Both the position numbers and the translations under genes were made by a program. Shown piece by piece: positions 63,501 to 64,000 of a stretch of DNA of 64,000 bases. The stretch lies in NCBI GenBank assembly GCA_905178155.1, contig CAJINV010000005.1:7618989-7682988 (forward strand). The letters are read 5' to 3'. Below the pieces are notes generated by a model. That model worked only from the letters and a program-made list of their open reading frames with translations. It was not told the DNA's origin and did no database searches. Every line of letters starts with the position of its first letter. Within the stretch, counting starts at the first letter, position 1. The DNA comes from Amoebophrya sp. A120. Its lineage: Eukaryota > Protista > Dinoflagellata.

Positions 63501-63973
63501 ACCTCACGAATCATGCAAAATGTGCATGACAAGTCTCGACTCTTCCAGACCCAGACATTTTTGCAGTTGATAGGTCACGGCGCACGCCATCAACGCTTGG
63601 TTGTTCTCGAGGTGGTGTTCGTATCGACAGTAAATTTCCCGTACACGTAAGTACAAATGCGGTATCTGCATGACAAAATTGGGCTTCGATCCTAGTTTAG
63701 CATGACAAGTGTTACACTCCAAATTGGTGAAATTTGTGATGTATCTTGTACATGTACGGAAAATTTGTATTGCATAGTTCGAGCTCCAAAAGCTCTAGTC
63801 CGTACCGGTAATGCTCCCCGTGACACTCCTTCATCTTCGCCAACAGCTCTGGTTCCAGTTCAATCGGTCTACTGAGGTACAAGAACGAATCCTTCCACTG
63901 CGGGAAGGCGAAGCTCAGGGTCGTTTGCATCGCTTTGATCCGTTCGAACAAGTAGTTGCAGAGCGGTTGGTTG
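60596..63973 (-). CDS. 3' part of a hypothetical protein (E/Q/K coiled coil and S/G/A-rich tail), 5'-truncated, with at least 8 TIR introns
   Basis: Exons join in frame: ..YGLELLELE-HHLENNQALMACAVT-RQKLKG..KRP-ACRIHDPR..LPEE-WQERF..ERL-EEEQFL..QE-RQEKE..TTA-ASSS..KA-SRAVV..PKR*. Confidence 0.75.
61166..61426. mobile_element. TIR introner, family A (A1, reverse orientation)
   Basis: Family A ends; TSD gcttt/gcttt. Confidence 0.93.
61494..61799. mobile_element. TIR introner, family N
   Basis: tatgccagcctcaggttggaaatcctc ... gaggatttccattctgaggctttcata; TSD tgcgg/tgcgg. Confidence 0.92.
61891..62170. mobile_element. TIR introner, family F
   Basis: Perfect TIR tatcctgtgtaaaaacgtccccacacca; TSD gttcc/gttcc. 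Confidence 0.94.
62230..62538. mobile_element. TIR introner, family A (diverged)
   Basis: Family A ends with small indels; TSD ccaat/ccaat. Confidence 0.88.
62605..62813. mobile_element. TIR introner, family G
   Basis: tatcgcaagaaaaaactg ... cagttttttctcacgata; TSD ctcct/ctcct. Confidence 0.91.
62929..63219. mobile_element. TIR introner, family F
   Basis: tatcctgagtaaaaacgtccc ... gggacggttttacaaatgata; TSD ccggc/ccggg. Confidence 0.9.
63307..63572. mobile_element. TIR introner, family A
   Basis: Family A ends; TSD ggtca/ggtca. Confidence 0.93.
63622..63776. mobile_element. TIR introner, family D
   Basis: tatcgacagtaaatttcccgtac ... gtacggaaaatttgtattgcata; TSD gttcg/gttcg. Confidence 0.93.
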
Positions 63974-64000
63974 TATCAAATGTAACAATGTCTGGGTCTG
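63974..64000. mobile_element. TIR introner, family A, truncated by the window end
   Basis: tatcaaatgtaacaatgtctgggtctg. Confidence 0.8.

Noticed and set aside
8899-63572. Recurring peptides such as CKYVWVWK, MQKCLGLE, FQTQT and LPDPDIFA in many ORFs as a protein repeat family
   Set aside because: They are translations of introner TIRs, not coding sequence

Overview
This is eukaryotic genomic DNA with fragmented genes. Its architecture matches the non-canonical 'introner' introns described for the parasitic dinoflagellate Amoebophrya (the taxon is inferred, not proven). By eye I delimit 57 complete short elements (145-384 bp, one expanded to 1.08 kb) plus 1 truncated at the window edge. They fall into about 12 sequence families and nearly all share one grammar: 5'-TAT...ATA-3' ends, family-specific terminal inverted repeats (TIRs), a 5-bp target-site duplication (TSD; perfect in 38 of 57) and internal TGTNATGC/GCATNACA motifs. 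All sit inside coding sequence and lack GT-AG ends. Removing each element plus one TSD copy rejoins the reading frames. Reconstructed genes: FkbM-like methyltransferase, Mpv17/PMP22 protein, ankyrin-like protein, DDX55/SPB4 helicase, DNA primase large subunit, a ~1550-aa adenylate-kinase-domain protein with 23 such introns, and several unknown proteins. Ordinary GT-AG introns occur in the same genes. The window also has two non-autonomous Helitron-like copies (one nested inside an introner), GC-rich and AT-rich degenerate islands, a tandem family of small Cys-containing proteins and local duplications. All coordinates and splice models were derived by hand, without expression data. Family letters (A-N) are my own labels.
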